This document shows, piece by piece, positions 26,799-38,615 of a stretch of 64,000 bases of DNA. Each line of letters begins with the position of its first letter. Position 1 is the first letter of the stretch. The position numbers were made by a program, and so were the translations under genes. The notes under the pieces are model-generated. The model searched no databases. It saw only the letters and a program-made list of their open reading frames with translations, and had not been told where the DNA came from. The stretch is from an uncultured Verrucomicrobiota bacterium (GTDB lineage Bacteria; Verrucomicrobiota; Verrucomicrobiia; Verrucomicrobiales; DEV007): assembly GCA_902510815.1 (NCBI GenBank), contig CABXDI010000002.1, positions 37,344 through 101,343 of the forward strand, read 5' to 3'.

Positions 26799-29700
26799 CT
26801 ATGCCTCTATAGGCTGAATCTCTTCTTCGCTCTCAGGATTTTCAGAATTCTCTTCTGAAGCACTATCATCAAGCTCAGGAGGTTCAACTGTTTCAAGAGG
26901 CTGAATCCTTTTCTTGGTACCAAATCCAGAACCTGCAGGAATAAGATGCCCCATAATAACATTTTCTTTAAACCCTTTGAGAAGATCACTCTTTCCTAAA
27001 GTTGCCGCATCAGTTAAAACACGCGTTGTATCTTGGAAGCTAGCAGCTGAGATGAAACTTTCCGTTTCTAGAGACGCTTTAGTGATTCCGAGCAAAACAG
27101 GTTCACCCTCCGCAGGTTTACCTCCCTGTTCCTCAATCTCCTCATTAACTCTAATGAATTCTGTTCTTTCAACTTGATCACCCCATAAAAACAAAGTGTC
27201 ACCAGGATCCGAAATGCGAACTTTTCTGAGCATTTGCCTAACGATAATTTCTATGTGTTTATCATTTATTTCAACGCCTTGAAGTCTGTACACTTCCTGT
27301 ACCTCAAAGACAAGGTGCTCCATCAATGCATGAGTACCAAGTATTTCGAGAATCTCGTGAGGAACTACAGGGCCATCTGTAAGCAAGTCAGCCCTCTTAA
27401 CAACATCATCTTCATAAACAGTAATATGCTTATTTCTAGGAATTAAATGTTCAGCTATTTCTCCTGTTTCAGGGTCCGTAATAATTAACTTTCGCTTACC
27501 ACGTGACATTCCATCAAAGCCAACCACACCATCGATTTTTGCAATTTCAGCATTATCTTTTGGCTTTCTAGCCTCAAACAACTCGGCCACTCTAGGAAGA
27601 CCACCTGTAATGTCTTTTGTCTTAGCAACCTTTCGTGGTGTCCTGGCTAATAATGTTCCTCCTTGAACCTTCTCCTTGTCTTTGACAGATAAGTGAGCTC
27701 CGGTGGGTACTGAGTAACTGGCAAGAATTTCACTCGTTTCCGGGTCAGTAATTACAATCTGAGGGTGCAAATCCTCCTTGTGCTCAATTACAACCATACC
27801 CTCGACACCCGTAGCATCATCTTTTTCTTTCTTTACAGTAATTCCGGAAATCATATCACGGAATTCAATCTTACCACCTTTCTCAGTAATGATAGGCACA
27901 TTGTGAGGGTCCCAAGTAGCAATTTGGTCTCCACGGGAAACTTTTGAACCATCTGCAGGATCAATAACTGTTCCTATAACTAAAGGATGGGATTCAAGCT
28001 CCATACCTTTATCATCGAGAATAGCTATTGAACCACTCTTATTAAGTACAATAAATTTACTATCAAGTGATTCAACGGTTCTCAAATCTTTATAACGAAC
28101 TATTCCATTATGACCAATATTGATAACTGGTTGCTTAAGGGCCTGCTGAGCAACACCACCAATATGGAAAGTACGCATTGTAAGCTGCGTACCAGGCTCA
28201 CCAATTGATTGAGCAGCAATAATTCCAACAGCTTGCCCAATTTCTACAGGTTCTCCGTTTGCAAGATTCAACCCATAACACAATGCACAACAACCTCTAG
28301 GAGATTCACATGTCAGAACTGAACGAATACGCATTTTCTCAACCCCGATGTCCTGTAACTTCAAAGATATAGGTTCATCAATTAATTGATCAACTTCTAC
28401 AATAACTTCCTGGGAAACAGGGTCTGTAATTTTTTCACAACTTGTACGTCCATAGACCCGAGTAGAGAGTTCAACGACCTCTTCGTCTCCCTCATAAACA
28501 GAAGCAACAGTGATACCCTGAGTAGTACCACAATTAGATTCAGTAATTATGACGTCCTGAGAAACATCTACGAGTTTTCTAGTTAGGTAACCAGAATCGG
28601 CAGTTTTTAAAGCCGTATCTGCAAGACCCTTACGTGCACCATGCGTAGAAACAAAATATTCAAGAACTGACAACCCTTCACGGAAATTAGATGTAATTGG
28701 TCTTTCAATAATTTCTCCAGATGGCTTTGCCATCAACCCTCGCATTCCTGAAAGCTGTTTAATCTGCTGCTTATTACCACGAGCACCAGAATCAACCATC
28801 ATGTAAAGCGGGTTAGCTATCTCATTACCATCATTATACTCTAAGGTTCGATACAAGGCACTAGCAATTTTATCTCCAGCAGCTGTCCATATATCAATGA
28901 CCTTATTGTAACGCTCACCATCCGTAATAATACCTTTAGTGTACTGCTTTTGAACAATATCCAATTGCTTATAAGCATTCTTGAGCTCAACTTGTTTTTC
29001 ATTAGGAATCACCATATCTGTGATTCCAATTGAAACACCTGCTCTAGTTGCCTCTTTAAATCCTAGCTGCTTAAGAAGGTCTAAAGTTTTAACCGTACCT
29101 TTAGGACCTGAGACTTGGAAAGTTCTCCATATGATATCAGAAAGTTGTTTCTTTGCGATAGTTTCATTAATAAAACCCAAAGATTTACCACTTTCATTTT
29201 CAACTTTGGGCCATATTTCATTAAACCTAACTCGCCCTGGAGTGGTTTCTATGGTTACAGACTTAGGGTCACCATAAATGGTATCTTTACCACGATCTGG
29301 ATTAGCTAAACGAATCTTACAATGGAGAGAAAGAGCTCGCTCAGCCACCGCATATTCTACTTCTGTAGTCGATTCAAATAGAGGGATTCTCTTATCATCA
29401 TTATCCTTATAGGTAATATGATGCCTATGATGCGTTAGGAAATAACTTCCAAGTGTAATGTCTTGGGATGGTGTTGTAATTGGTCGCCCACTAGAAGGAG
29501 AGAAAATGTTATTTGGCGCTAACATCAGCAATCTTGCTTCCATCTGAGCTTCAACAGATAACGGTACGTGAACAGCCATCTGATCACCGTCAAAGTCCGC
29601 ATTGTAAGCTGAACAAGTTAGTGGATGCAAACGTATAGCAGAACCCTCAATCAAGACGGGCTCAAATGCTTGAATAGACAATCTGTGAAGCGTAGGGGCA

Positions 29701-30986
29701 CGATTTAATAGTACAGGGTGCCCTTTAGTAACCTCCTCAAGGATATCCCAAACTTCAGGAGTTTTCCTTTCAATCATCTTCTTTGCAGACCTTACAGTGT
29801 GAACATAACCAAGTTCCTTTAGCCTCCGTATTATAAAAGGCTCAAAAAGAACAAGCGCCATTTTCTTTGGAAGGCCACATTGATGTAATTTGAGTTCAGG
29901 ACCAATAACAATGACTGAACGGCCCGAATAATCGACTCTTTTACCGAGTAAGTTCTGACGAAATCTTCCACCCTTACCCTTCAACATATCAGATAAAGAT
30001 TTTAGAGCTCTATTACCCGCACCTGTTACAGCTCTACCATGTCGACCATTATCAAAAAGAGCATCGACAGCTTCCTGGAGCATTCTTTTCTCATTTCTAA
30101 TGATAACTTCAGGAGTCTTAAGCAGAAGCAAATTTTTAAGACGATTATTTCTATTGATAACACGTCTATATAAATCGTTAAGATCAGAAGTAGCAAATCT
30201 TCCGCCTTCTAATGGAACCAAAGGTCTAAGGTCAGGAGGTATTACAGGAAGAACCTCAAGAATCATCCATTCAGGTCTGGTATGACTACCAGCAAAACCT
30301 TGAGCTAATTTAAGTCTTTTTGAAAGTTTCTTTCGAACCTGTTTTGAGCGAGTTTTAGTCATCGCGTCCTCAAGTTCTGCAACTAGGGAAATGAGATCTA
30401 TCCCAGCAAGAAGATCTCGAACCGCTTCTGCTCCCATCCCTGCACGGAAACTATCCTCTCCAAATTCCTCTTCAGCTTCACGCAATTCTTGCTCGGTAAG
30501 CAATTGACCTAATTCTAAAGGTGTATTTCCTGGATCAGTAACAATATAGTCCTCATAATATATGACTCTCTCGAGCATTCTTGCGCTCATATCTAGCATG
30601 AGCCCTATGCGCGAAGGCATACACTTGTAAAACCAAATATGACTAACTGGCACGGCAAGTTCAATGTGCCCCTGCCTCTCCCGACGAACTCTAGACAATG
30701 TCACTTCAACTCCACACCGATCGCATATTACTCCCTTGTGCTTAATTCTTTTGTACTTTCCACACGCACATTCCCAATCCTTAGTTGGACCAAAAATTCG
30801 CTCACAAAAAAGCCCCCCTTTTTCTGGCTTGAATGTTCTATAGTTGATGGTTTCTGGATTCTTTACTTCACCGAAACTCCAGCTCCGAATTGTATCGGCA
30901 GCAGCAACAGTGATGTTAACCTGATCGAAACCAGATTCTTTATTATCAGCTCCAAAAAGCTCTTGGATATTTGACTCAACGCTCAT
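26799..30986 (-). CDS. rpoC: DNA-directed RNA polymerase subunit beta'
   Basis: 1395 aa, NADFDGDQM catalytic loop, zinc-binding Cys cluster near the N-terminus. Confidence 0.99.
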   Translation of the reverse strand: MSVESNIQELFGADNKESGFDQVNITVAAADTIRSWSFGEVKNPETINYRTFKPEKGGLFCERIFGPTKDWECACGKYKRIKHKGVICDRCGVEVTLSRVRRERQGHIELAVPVSHIWFYKCMPSRIGLMLDMSARMLERVIYYEDYIVTDPGNTPLELGQLLTEQELREAEEEFGEDSFRAGMGAEAVRDLLAGIDLISLVAELEDAMTKTRSKQVRKKLSKRLKLAQGFAGSHTRPEWMILEVLPVIPPDLRPLVPLEGGRFATSDLNDLYRRVINRNNRLKNLLLLKTPEVIIRNEKRMLQEAVDALFDNGRHGRAVTGAGNRALKSLSDMLKGKGGRFRQNLLGKRVDYSGRSVIVIGPELKLHQCGLPKKMALVLFEPFIIRRLKELGYVHTVRSAKKMIERKTPEVWDILEEVTKGHPVLLNRAPTLHRLSIQAFEPVLIEGSAIRLHPLTCSAYNADFDGDQMAVHVPLSVEAQMEARLLMLAPNNIFSPSSGRPITTPSQDITLGSYFLTHHRHHITYKDNDDKRIPLFESTTEVEYAVAERALSLHCKIRLANPDRGKDTIYGDPKSVTIETTPGRVRFNEIWPKVENESGKSLGFINETIAKKQLSDIIWRTFQVSGPKGTVKTLDLLKQLGFKEATRAGVSIGITDMVIPNEKQVELKNAYKQLDIVQKQYTKGIITDGERYNKVIDIWTAAGDKIASALYRTLEYNDGNEIANPLYMMVDSGARGNKQQIKQLSGMRGLMAKPSGEIIERPITSNFREGLSVLEYFVSTHGARKGLADTALKTADSGYLTRKLVDVSQDVIITESNCGTTQGITVASVYEGDEEVVELSTRVYGRTSCEKITDPVSQEVIVEVDQLIDEPISLKLQDIGVEKMRIRSVLTCESPRGCCALCYGLNLANGEPVEIGQAVGIIAAQSIGEPGTQLTMRTFHIGGVAQQALKQPVINIGHNGIVRYKDLRTVESLDSKFIVLNKSGSIAILDDKGMELESHPLVIGTVIDPADGSKVSRGDQIATWDPHNVPIITEKGGKIEFRDMISGITVKKEKDDATGVEGMVVIEHKEDLHPQIVITDPETSEILASYSVPTGAHLSVKDKEKVQGGTLLARTPRKVAKTKDITGGLPRVAELFEARKPKDNAEIAKIDGVVGFDGMSRGKRKLIITDPETGEIAEHLIPRNKHITVYEDDVVKRADLLTDGPVVPHEILEILGTHALMEHLVFEVQEVYRLQGVEINDKHIEIIVRQMLRKVRISDPGDTLFLWGDQVERTEFIRVNEEIEEQGGKPAEGEPVLLGITKASLETESFISAASFQDTTRVLTDAATLGKSDLLKGFKENVIMGHLIPAGSGFGTKKRIQPLETVEPPELDDSASEENSENPESEEEIQPIEA

Positions 30987-31031
30987 GATTTTAATCAGTC
31001 TTAAATCTCTAAATTATTATTTTTTATATGT

Positions 31032-34000
31032 TTATGCAGTGCTTCTATCCTCATCTACGGTAGGACTTGAGCCTTCTCCAACTTTCACATCTAAGCAGAG
31101 ACTTCTCATTTCTTTAATCAAAACATTGAATGATTCAGGGGTTCCTGCATCAAGACTATTATCTCCTTTAACAATGGATTCATAAATTCTTGTTCGGCCT
31201 TGAACATCATCAGATTTCACCGTCAATAATTCCTGCAAAGTATAAGCTGCACCATAAGCCTCTAGTGCCCATACCTCCATCTCTCCAAATCTCTGACCTC
31301 CATATTGAGCTTTTCCACCAAGTGGTTGCTGAGTAACGAGTGAATATGGACCAACTGCCCTTGCATGAATCTTATCAGCAACAAGGTGCCCTAGTTTCAA
31401 CATATAAATATAACCTACAACAACCTCCTGATAAAAAGGATCTCCAGTCAGGCCATCATATAATTGAGACTTTCCGTTAAGACCAATCCAATTAAATCCT
31501 TCTGTCTCCTTTGCTTCTTTTAGGTAATCAAGAATTTTAGTTTCTGGAATGCCATCAAAAATTGGAGTAGCAACTTTAAAACCAAGGGCTTTAGCTGCGA
31601 CACCTAAGTGAGTTTCAAGAACCTGACCAACGTTCATCCTTGATGGTACTCCAAGAGGATTTAAACAAATGTCAACTGGCGTTCCGTCATCAAGGAAAGG
31701 CATGTCTTCTTCTGGAACAATCTTAGCCACAACACCTTTGTTGCCATGCCTACCAGCCATCTTATCCCCTACCGAAAGTTTACGCTTACTTGCGACATAG
31801 ACTCTTACAGATTTTATTATACCTGGATCAACTTCATCACCGCTCTCCATGCGGTCTAATGATCTCTCACGTTCAGAATCCACATCACCAAATTTAGGAG
31901 AAAAACTAGAAATAATATCCATTATTTTATTTCTGATAGGTGATGGATCAATTTCAATAGAATCGTGGGAAGCCGCCAACTTACGTAGCAAGGTTTTGGT
32001 TATCTTTCGATTCGCAGGAATAATTAATTCACCTGATTTACTATCAACAACATCTAAAGGTATTTTTTCTCCAAGAAGAATATCTGAAAGCTTCTCGGTC
32101 AGTTGATCGGTGAGCTCATCTCGCTTTTTCTTATGGTCTGAGTCAATACTCTTAAGCTGTTTTTTCATTTCAGCTTCTGACATTTGCTCTTTCTCAGCAA
32201 CGTTTCTGGAAGAAACTCTTACGTCCATAACTATTCCAGTGCACCCTGATGGGACACGGAGCGAAGTATCTTTAACATCAGCAGCTTTTTCACCAAATAT
32301 TGCTCTCAAAAGACGTTCTTCTGGAGCTAATTCTGTTTCGCTCTTTGGGGTAATTTTACCAACAAGAATATCACCAGGCTTAACTTCTGCACCTATTCGG
32401 ATAACACCATCTGGACCAAGATCAGCTAGGGCTTCTTCTCCAACATTTGGAATATCTCGCGTTATTTCTTCTGGTCCTAGTTTTGTATCCCTTGCCCCAA
32501 CATCAAAATTCGAAATGTGAATTGATGTGTAAACGTCGTCTTTGACAACTCTCTCTGAAATCGTAATAGCATCCTCAAAGTTATATCCATTCCAAGGCAT
32601 GAAGGCAACGAGAACGTTCTTACCAAGAGCAAGCTCTCCCTGTTCAGTGCAAGGGCCATCTGCAAGAACATCGCCCTCTTTAACTTCTTGGCCTTTTGAA
32701 ACGATTGGTCTTTGGTTGATACATGTTCCTGAATTCGAACGCATGAACTTCCTCAAAGGATAGACATAAATTCCTTTACCCGGTTCACTTTTAAGCTTTC
32801 TTGGATCAGATAAAAACTTTTGATCAGAAACATGAAGCTCACCATTGGGTGTAACCACAATCAATTCGGCAGTCGCTGCAGCTACCTTTCCAGGTCCTTC
32901 TGAAACAACTACAGCTCTAGAGTCTCGAGCTGCTTTACCCTCCATTCCTGTACCAACTAATGGAGACTCAGCGCATAGCAACGGAACTCCCTGTCGTTGC
33001 ATGTTAGAACCCATGAGAGCTCGGTTAGCATCATCATGCTCTAAAAATGGAATCAAAGAAGCGGCAATAGATACTAACTGTTTAGGAGAGACATCCATCA
33101 ATGAGGCCTCTTTAGGATCAATCTCAAGGAAGTCACCACGAAACCTTGCAGTAATTCTTTCAGAAGTGAACTTACCACTTCCATCTAACGGATTATTCGC
33201 TTGAGCGATGACTTCGTTCTCCTCTTGATCAGCAGTAAGGTAAGCAATTTCTTTCGTTACCTTTCCATTCTTAATTTTTCTATAAGGAGTTTCAATAAAT
33301 CCAAACTCATTAATTCTAGCATAAGTACTCATCGAGTTTATAAGACCAATGTTAGGACCCTCAGGCGTTTCGATTGGACAAATTCTACCGTAATGAGAAG
33401 GATGGACATCTCGGACTTCAAAACCAGCTCTATCTCTATTTAGTCCCCCAGGACCTAAAGCCGATAACCTTCTCTTATGAGTAAGCTCAGCCAGAGGATT
33501 CGTTTGGTCCATGAATTGACTTAATTGAGAACGCCCAAAGAAATCCCTAACTACTGCCGACAGAGCTTTAGGGTTTATTAATTTTTGGGGTGTCATTCCA
33601 TCAAGATTGACATCAAATAAAGTCATCCTTTCTTTGACTAGTCGCTCAGTACGTGCAAGTCCAACTCTACATTGATTTGACAACAATTCGCCAACTGCTC
33701 TCACTCGTCTAGATCCTAAGTGATCTATATCATCTGTAATGCCTTCTCCACTTTTTAAGTTAAGCAAATACCTCATAGCAGCCACAAAATCTTCAGAAGT
33801 AAGGATTCTTTCACCTTCGTCTACTTTAAGGTGCAGCTTCTGATTAATCTTATATCTTCCCACTCTGGTAAGATCGTATTTCTTATTATCAAAAAACAAT
33901 CTTTTAAGAAGAGCCTTTGAATTGGCAGTCGTCGGTGGATCACCAGGACGCAATCTACGGTATATATCCTTCAATGCTTCCTCTTCATCATTCGAAGGGT

Positions 34001-34862
34001 CTTTTCTCAAAGATTTGATAAGAATATCATCATCCTTGGTATCGATCACTTCTAAATTCTTATAACCCAATTCCATAAGCTGATGAACAACACCAATGGT
34101 TAGCGGCTCATAAGCTTTAGCAATTATTACCTCCCCATCAACGACGTCTTCCATCGGAGTTTTTGTAGAAAGCTCTTCTTCATCCATTTTAGCTGCGAGC
34201 TTTAACTTTTTGACGTCATAAAAAAGCTTACATATATCAGAATCTTTTTCAAAACCGATAGTACGGAGGAAAGTCGTTGCTAAGAATTTTCTTCTACGGC
34301 GCCTGCGATCAAGGTAAACATACAAAAGGTCATTAGTGTCAAATTGCACTTCTAACCATGAACCCCTGTCAGGTATAATTCTAAAACTGTGTAACGTTTT
34401 TCCATTGAGGTGCAAACTAGTTTCAAAACAAACCCCGGGTGACCTATGTAATTGGGATACCACAACCCTTTCTGCACCATTAATTACAAAAGTACCCCTT
34501 GCTGTCATTAGAGGAAGCTCTCCCATATATACCTTTTCCTCTTTTGTGCCTGCTTCATCCTTCAAGCGAAATGTTACATAAAGAGGAGCACTGTAAGTCT
34601 CACTATCACGAATTGCCTCTAAAGCCGTAAGCTTTGGTTTGCCAACATCATAAGAAACAAAATCTAATGTGACCTTGTCATCATATGAATCTATTGGAAA
34701 AACTTCTTTGAAAACAGCCTGAAGACCTATTTGCTTTCGCTTGCTCGGAGCTACATCTTGCTGCAGAAAGTCAGCGTAAGACTGAATCTGTATGCCAATG
34801 AGGTTCGGAGCCTCAACGACCTCGTCAATGTTTCCGAAATGTTCGCGTATTCTATTAGACAT
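31032..34862 (-). CDS. rpoB: DNA-directed RNA polymerase subunit beta
   Basis: 1276 aa, conserved blocks throughout (e.g. [28 protein letters not shown]). Confidence 0.99.
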   Translation of the reverse strand: MSNRIREHFGNIDEVVEAPNLIGIQIQSYADFLQQDVAPSKRKQIGLQAVFKEVFPIDSYDDKVTLDFVSYDVGKPKLTALEAIRDSETYSAPLYVTFRLKDEAGTKEEKVYMGELPLMTARGTFVINGAERVVVSQLHRSPGVCFETSLHLNGKTLHSFRIIPDRGSWLEVQFDTNDLLYVYLDRRRRRRKFLATTFLRTIGFEKDSDICKLFYDVKKLKLAAKMDEEELSTKTPMEDVVDGEVIIAKAYEPLTIGVVHQLMELGYKNLEVIDTKDDDILIKSLRKDPSNDEEEALKDIYRRLRPGDPPTTANSKALLKRLFFDNKKYDLTRVGRYKINQKLHLKVDEGERILTSEDFVAAMRYLLNLKSGEGITDDIDHLGSRRVRAVGELLSNQCRVGLARTERLVKERMTLFDVNLDGMTPQKLINPKALSAVVRDFFGRSQLSQFMDQTNPLAELTHKRRLSALGPGGLNRDRAGFEVRDVHPSHYGRICPIETPEGPNIGLINSMSTYARINEFGFIETPYRKIKNGKVTKEIAYLTADQEENEVIAQANNPLDGSGKFTSERITARFRGDFLEIDPKEASLMDVSPKQLVSIAASLIPFLEHDDANRALMGSNMQRQGVPLLCAESPLVGTGMEGKAARDSRAVVVSEGPGKVAAATAELIVVTPNGELHVSDQKFLSDPRKLKSEPGKGIYVYPLRKFMRSNSGTCINQRPIVSKGQEVKEGDVLADGPCTEQGELALGKNVLVAFMPWNGYNFEDAITISERVVKDDVYTSIHISNFDVGARDTKLGPEEITRDIPNVGEEALADLGPDGVIRIGAEVKPGDILVGKITPKSETELAPEERLLRAIFGEKAADVKDTSLRVPSGCTGIVMDVRVSSRNVAEKEQMSEAEMKKQLKSIDSDHKKKRDELTDQLTEKLSDILLGEKIPLDVVDSKSGELIIPANRKITKTLLRKLAASHDSIEIDPSPIRNKIMDIISSFSPKFGDVDSERERSLDRMESGDEVDPGIIKSVRVYVASKRKLSVGDKMAGRHGNKGVVAKIVPEEDMPFLDDGTPVDICLNPLGVPSRMNVGQVLETHLGVAAKALGFKVATPIFDGIPETKILDYLKEAKETEGFNWIGLNGKSQLYDGLTGDPFYQEVVVGYIYMLKLGHLVADKIHARAVGPYSLVTQQPLGGKAQYGGQRFGEMEVWALEAYGAAYTLQELLTVKSDDVQGRTRIYESIVKGDNSLDAGTPESFNVLIKEMRSLCLDVKVGEGSSPTVDEDRSTA

Positions 34863-34974
34863 AGTTTTGATGATTTTCCTTTTTACAGGGTAAGTTTTTT
34901 GGGCAAATTAAGATCACACAAATTAGTGATATAAAATTGGTAACTATTTTGTTGTGAATTGTTGACACAACAAT

Positions 34975-35006
34975 AAGCCGAAATTGTGTTACAATTTTTC
35001 CGGCTT
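34975..35006 (-). other. Stable hairpin in the rplL-rpoB spacer (possible attenuator or processing site)
   Basis: AAGCCG/CGGCTT plus AAATTGT/ACAATTT stems (13 bp total, 3-nt bulge, 3-nt loop). In minus sense it is followed by the U/G-rich AUUGUUGUGU. Confidence 0.35.
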
Positions 35007-35131
35007 TGATTTATGGTTGGATATGTTGGGCGGATATGTCCGTTCCCAAATGAATTATATAGCAAAATAAACTAGGATTGGTTTATAATCGGGTCCTGGA
35101 TTTTATCTTTAGGGCTAAGTTGGATTAAGCT

Positions 35132-35173
35132 AGCACAGCTAAGAACAATTTCGCTCTCAGCTGTGCTTTTTTT
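35132..35173 (+). terminator. Orphan intrinsic terminator oriented antisense to the rplL-rpoB operon
   Basis: AGCACAGCTAAGA-(10-nt loop)-TCTCAGCTGTGCT (12 of 13 pairs) followed by a T-run only on the plus strand. Confidence 0.5.
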
Positions 35174-35202
35174 AAATTTTTTCAAAAAAATCAAAATTTA
35201 AT

Positions 35203-35583
35203 CTATTTAAGCTCAACTTCTGCTCCCGCAGCTTCCAGTTTACTCTTGATTTCTTCGGCCTCTTCTTTGGCACAACCTTCTTTAATAGGTGCTGGAGCGC
35301 CATCAACAATTTTCTTTGCATCAGCTAGACCAAGACCACTAACTGCGGCTCGGACCTCTTTAATAACAGCAATCTTATTACCACCTGCACCAGTAAGAAT
35401 AACATCAAATTCACTCTTTTCTTCGGCAGCGTCTCCACCATCACCAGCAGGTGCGGCAGCTACAGCAGCAACTGGAGCAGCAGCGCTAACTCCCCATTTA
35501 TCTTCTAGTGCTTTGACTAGATCAGCAACTTCAAGGACGGTTAGTCCACTTAGGTCTTCGGTTAATTTCTCAATATCGGCCAT
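35203..35583 (-). CDS. rplL: 50S ribosomal protein L7/L12
   Basis: 126 aa, Ala-rich hinge, C-terminal ...[12 protein letters not shown]. Confidence 0.98.
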   Translation of the reverse strand: MADIEKLTEDLSGLTVLEVADLVKALEDKWGVSAAAPVAAVAAAPAGDGGDAAEEKSEFDVILTGAGGNKIAVIKEVRAAVSGLGLADAKKIVDGAPAPIKEGCAKEEAEEIKSKLEAAGAEVELK

Positions 35584-35739
35584 CTTGTTTTACGGTGTCG
35601 TCGCGGATTGGAGCCCCAAACCATTTAATTACAGCAGCTACTGTTACGACAAGGAACCGTGGTTATATTGTTTAGTTTTTTTATGTTTAGTTATTATTCC
35701 TTAGTCCTATTAAAAGTAACTAAGGGTGATTTGTTTAGT

Positions 35740-36252
35740 TTAGCCTTTTTCTTCTTTTGCTTTTAGTATTCTTGCTAACGATGAAGCAGGCTCATTAAGT
35801 AACCTTACAAAAGTTCCAGCAGGAGACTGTAAGGTGCCAAGTAATTGAGCTCTTAATACATCCATTGGTGGTAAAGAAGCCAGAGCATTAAGTTCCTCTG
35901 TGCCAAGCAATTTACCATCCATAACACCAGCCCTCATTTCAGGCTTTTCATTTTCTTTCTTAAACTCTTTTAATATTTTCGCTACAGCACAAACATCCTG
36001 GTCTCCTGTCACTAAAGCAGTTTGACCTGACAAATATTCATTTAACTCTTCTGGATAATTTGCAGCTCCTGATGCTCTCTTAGCGTATGAGTTCTTAGTT
36101 ACATATGCAGCCGCACTAGTTTCTCCTAAACGACGTCTTAATTCTTCAAGCTGAGCAACTGTCAATTCTTTGTAATCAATGACAATCATAAATGGCGAAG
36201 CATTTAGCTTCTCGATAAGGTCATTGATAATATTTTCTTTGATTGCTTTCAT
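35740..36252 (-). CDS. rplJ: 50S ribosomal protein L10
   Basis: 170 aa, position between rplA and rplL, L10-type sequence. Confidence 0.95.
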   Translation of the reverse strand: MKAIKENIINDLIEKLNASPFMIVIDYKELTVAQLEELRRRLGETSAAAYVTKNSYAKRASGAANYPEELNEYLSGQTALVTGDQDVCAVAKILKEFKKENEKPEMRAGVMDGKLLGTEELNALASLPPMDVLRAQLLGTLQSPAGTFVRLLNEPASSLARILKAKEEKG

Positions 36253-36291
36253 TAGTAATCTTAGTTTTTAAATAATTAATTTCAGTACTGA

Positions 36292-36990
36292 CTATTTCTC
36301 GTAACCGGCAGTATCAATTGGTATTCCTGGTGAAACTGTCGCCGATAAAGTTGCTACACGAAAATAAACCCCTTTTGCTGAAGCTGGCTTGACTTGCCTG
36401 ATTGCTTTAATCACGGCATCTCCATTTTCACTCAATTTATCGGGTGAAAATGAAACCTTTCCAATAGGCGCAGATAGGTTTCCACTCCGATCCAGTTTAA
36501 AATCAATTCTACCTGCTTTTACGGCATTAACAGCTGAAGCCGTATCGTCAGTTACTGTACCAGTCTTTGGGTTAGGCATTAAACCGCGAGGTCCAAGAAA
36601 CCTTCCCAATTTTCTAACTTCAGCCATTGCTTCTGGAGTGGCTACAGCAACATCAAAATCCTGAAAACCACCTTGTATTTTGGTTATCATATCATCATAA
36701 CCAACAAAATCTGCTCCTGCATTCTTTGCGGCCGTAGCTGCTTCACCCTGAGCAAATACCAAAACACGTACTTTTTTGCCTGAACCGTGAGGCAATGGAC
36801 AAGTACCACGAACCATTTGATCTGATTGTTTAGGGTCAACTCCTAGTTTAAATGATATCGAAACTGTTTCATCATATTTCGCAGGAGGAAATTTTTTCAA
36901 AGTATCAATTGCATCAGATAAAGTATATACTTTGTCCTCTTCAACTAACTCCGCTGCTTGACGGTATCTTTTACTTCTTTGTTTTGCCAT
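36292..36990 (-). CDS. rplA: 50S ribosomal protein L1
   Basis: MAKQRSKRY..., [15 protein letters not shown] block. Confidence 0.98.
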   Translation of the reverse strand: MAKQRSKRYRQAAELVEEDKVYTLSDAIDTLKKFPPAKYDETVSISFKLGVDPKQSDQMVRGTCPLPHGSGKKVRVLVFAQGEAATAAKNAGADFVGYDDMITKIQGGFQDFDVAVATPEAMAEVRKLGRFLGPRGLMPNPKTGTVTDDTASAVNAVKAGRIDFKLDRSGNLSAPIGKVSFSPDKLSENGDAVIKAIRQVKPASAKGVYFRVATLSATVSPGIPIDTAGYEK

Positions 36991-37058
36991 TATATTTTTT
37001 GCAGTGCTTGCGGACTATTTATGCCCTCCTGCTGGTTTATTTGTTATTAAATAGTTAT

Positions 37059-37487
37059 TTACATACCCTCAATCTCAATACCCATCTGCCGGGCGCTACC
37101 TGCAATAATTCTTGCTGCAGCCTCATCATCTTCGGTATTAAGGTCGGGCTTCTTAATCTTAACAATGTCCATGACTTGGCTCTTAGTAATGGTTGCTACT
37201 TTTTCTTTGTGCGGCTCTCCAGATCCTGATGCTATTTTTGCTGCTTTTTTTAATAATGCTGATGCAGGTGGCTGCTTACAAACAAAACTGAAACTTTTAT
37301 CTTTATAAACAGTTATAACAACAGGCAATACATCACCAGCTTGAGCCTGAGTTCTTGCATTGAAATCTTTGCAAAACTCCATAATGTTCAAGCCCGCTTG
37401 ACCTAGAGCAGGACCAACAGGAGGAGAAGGATTCGCCTGACCAGCAGGAATCTGAAGTTTTAGTGTTCCAGTTACTTCTTTAGCCAT
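37059..37487 (-). CDS. rplK: 50S ribosomal protein L11
   Basis: [20 protein letters not shown] block. Confidence 0.98.
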   Translation of the reverse strand: MAKEVTGTLKLQIPAGQANPSPPVGPALGQAGLNIMEFCKDFNARTQAQAGDVLPVVITVYKDKSFSFVCKQPPASALLKKAAKIASGSGEPHKEKVATITKSQVMDIVKIKKPDLNTEDDEAAARIIAGSARQMGIEIEGM

Positions 37488-37526
37488 GATAATTAATTCG
37501 ATTAATAAAGTTAATACGTTTTGTTT

Positions 37527-38099
37527 CTATTCTTCTTTTTCGATCTGCCAATGCTCAAGTTCCACAGGGGTAGGCCTTCCAAAAACAGTTACCGATACTA
37601 ATAATGTGCCTTTTTCTTGGTCAATTTCCTCAATAACACCAGGCTGACTTTCAAATGGACCGTCGGAAACTTTAATTGTCTCTCCCACATCAAAAGCAAT
37701 CTTTGGCTTTACGCTTTCTTCTCGCTCTTTAATTTGAAGGAGCATACTCTCAACTTCTTTAGGACGCATAGGTATAGGGTGGTTTTTTGTACCAGCAAAC
37801 CCAATCACTCCGTGAGTATCCTGAATAAAATACCAACTCCTACCAATTAGTCCTCCTTCTTCATTCAGGAGATGCATATTCACTAAAAGGTATCCAGGGA
37901 AAAACTTCCGTGTTGATTCTGACCTTTTGCCTTTTTTTACCTCCGCAACACGCTCAGTAGGCATAAGAACCTCAAAAACCACATCACTCATCTCCTCAGC
38001 ATCCATCCTACGTAATAAGTTATTCCTAACTTTATTTTCCTGACCTGATAATACGTGTACTACGTACCATTGATCTTTGGGAGCGGGAATTAAGGCCAT
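37527..38099 (-). CDS. nusG: Transcription termination/antitermination factor NusG
   Basis: WYVVHVLSGQENKV N-terminus (NGN) and C-terminal KOW. Lies in the conserved secE-nusG-rplK context. Confidence 0.96.
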   Translation of the reverse strand: MALIPAPKDQWYVVHVLSGQENKVRNNLLRRMDAEEMSDVVFEVLMPTERVAEVKKGKRSESTRKFFPGYLLVNMHLLNEEGGLIGRSWYFIQDTHGVIGFAGTKNHPIPMRPKEVESMLLQIKEREESVKPKIAFDVGETIKVSDGPFESQPGVIEEIDQEKGTLLVSVTVFGRPTPVELEHWQIEKEE

Positions 38100-38143
38100 C
38101 TTAAATTGTAATTTTTAGTCTTAGGTGAATGAATTTAGGAATA

Positions 38144-38362
38144 TTAGATTCCTGTTACCATTTTAATAATTTCAAATAGTATTAGATCCCATAAACTGAC
38201 AAAAGCACCAAGAAGCATCATAGCAATAAAGACAACAATCGTAGAATCCGTGAGTTCTTTAAACCTCTTAAATCCTTTTTCCCCTTTACCCTTTGGAATC
38301 CATGGCCAACTCGCTTTCTTAAGCTCAGCTTTAACTTCCCTTATGTATGCGTATGGTTTCAT
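38144..38362 (-). CDS. secE: Preprotein translocase subunit SecE
   Basis: 72 aa, single C-terminal TM, KAELKKASWP motif, located between tRNA-Trp and nusG. Confidence 0.9.
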   Translation of the reverse strand: MKPYAYIREVKAELKKASWPWIPKGKGEKGFKRFKELTDSTIVVFIAMMLLGAFVSLWDLILFEIIKMVTGI

Positions 38363-38394
38363 TTGAGTTTCCGTCTAATTCCTAAAGAAAAGTT

Positions 38395-38472
38395 TGGCAG
38401 GGTAGGAGGGATTCGAACCCCCGACACCCGGTTTTGGAGACCGGTGCTCTAACCAGGCTGAGCTACTACCCT
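38395..38472 (-). tRNA. trnW: tRNA-Trp (anticodon CCA), CCA end encoded
   Basis: Hand-folded cloverleaf: acceptor AGGGTAG/CTACCCT, anticodon loop CTCCAAA, T-arm GGGGG-TTCGAAT-CCCTC, 78 nt. Confidence 0.95.
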
Positions 38473-38539
38473 CTTTGAGTTTATTATAATTTTATTCTTT
38501 TTTTTAAACTCTTATCAGAGGTTTCCTTTTTACGGCGGA

Positions 38540-38582
38540 GCCGGATCCACCTCGGGCTTAATAATGCCCGGCCAGATCCGGC
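38540..38582 (-). terminator. GC-rich hairpin downstream of tuf (non-canonical: no U-tract)
   Basis: GCCGGATC...CGGGC-ttaataat-GCCCG...GATCCGGC, 34 nt past the tuf stop. In minus sense it is followed by CCGCCGUAAAAAGG, not a U-run. Confidence 0.4.
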
Positions 38583-38615
38583 CTGCTTAAATTACTTTTT
38601 TATTGTGGTTTAAAA

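Noticed and set aside
26807-34934. Many 60-136-aa ORFs antisense to or nested in rpoB and rpoC (e.g. 32110-32520, 32845-33204, 30639-30974)
   Set aside because: They lie entirely inside highly conserved, intact rpoB/rpoC reading frames. They have low-complexity S/P/L-rich translations and no independent start context. These are typical shadow ORFs.
34962-34995. TTGACA (34962-34967) plus TACAAT (34990-34995) as a full sigma70 promoter on the plus strand
   Set aside because: The spacer is 22 nt, too long for a -35/-10 pair. Only the extended -10 (TGnTACAAT) is retained as a weak possibility in the finding above.
34883-35065. 60-aa minus-strand ORF in the rplL-rpoB spacer
   Set aside because: It has a TTG start without an RBS-like context and a Cys/Asn-rich low-complexity translation. 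It overlaps the hairpin structures, so it is more likely non-coding.
35246-35704. 152-aa plus-strand ORF antisense to rplL
   Set aside because: It is the Ala/Ser/Pro-rich mirror of the Ala-rich L7/L12 coding sequence, so a shadow ORF.
38483-38488. Perfect TATAAT (minus sense) 10 nt upstream of mature tRNA-Trp as the promoter of tRNA-Trp-secE-nusG
   Set aside because: No acceptable -35 lies at 16-18 nt. TATAAT-like hexamers are frequent in this AT-rich DNA, so it is too weak to list as a feature.
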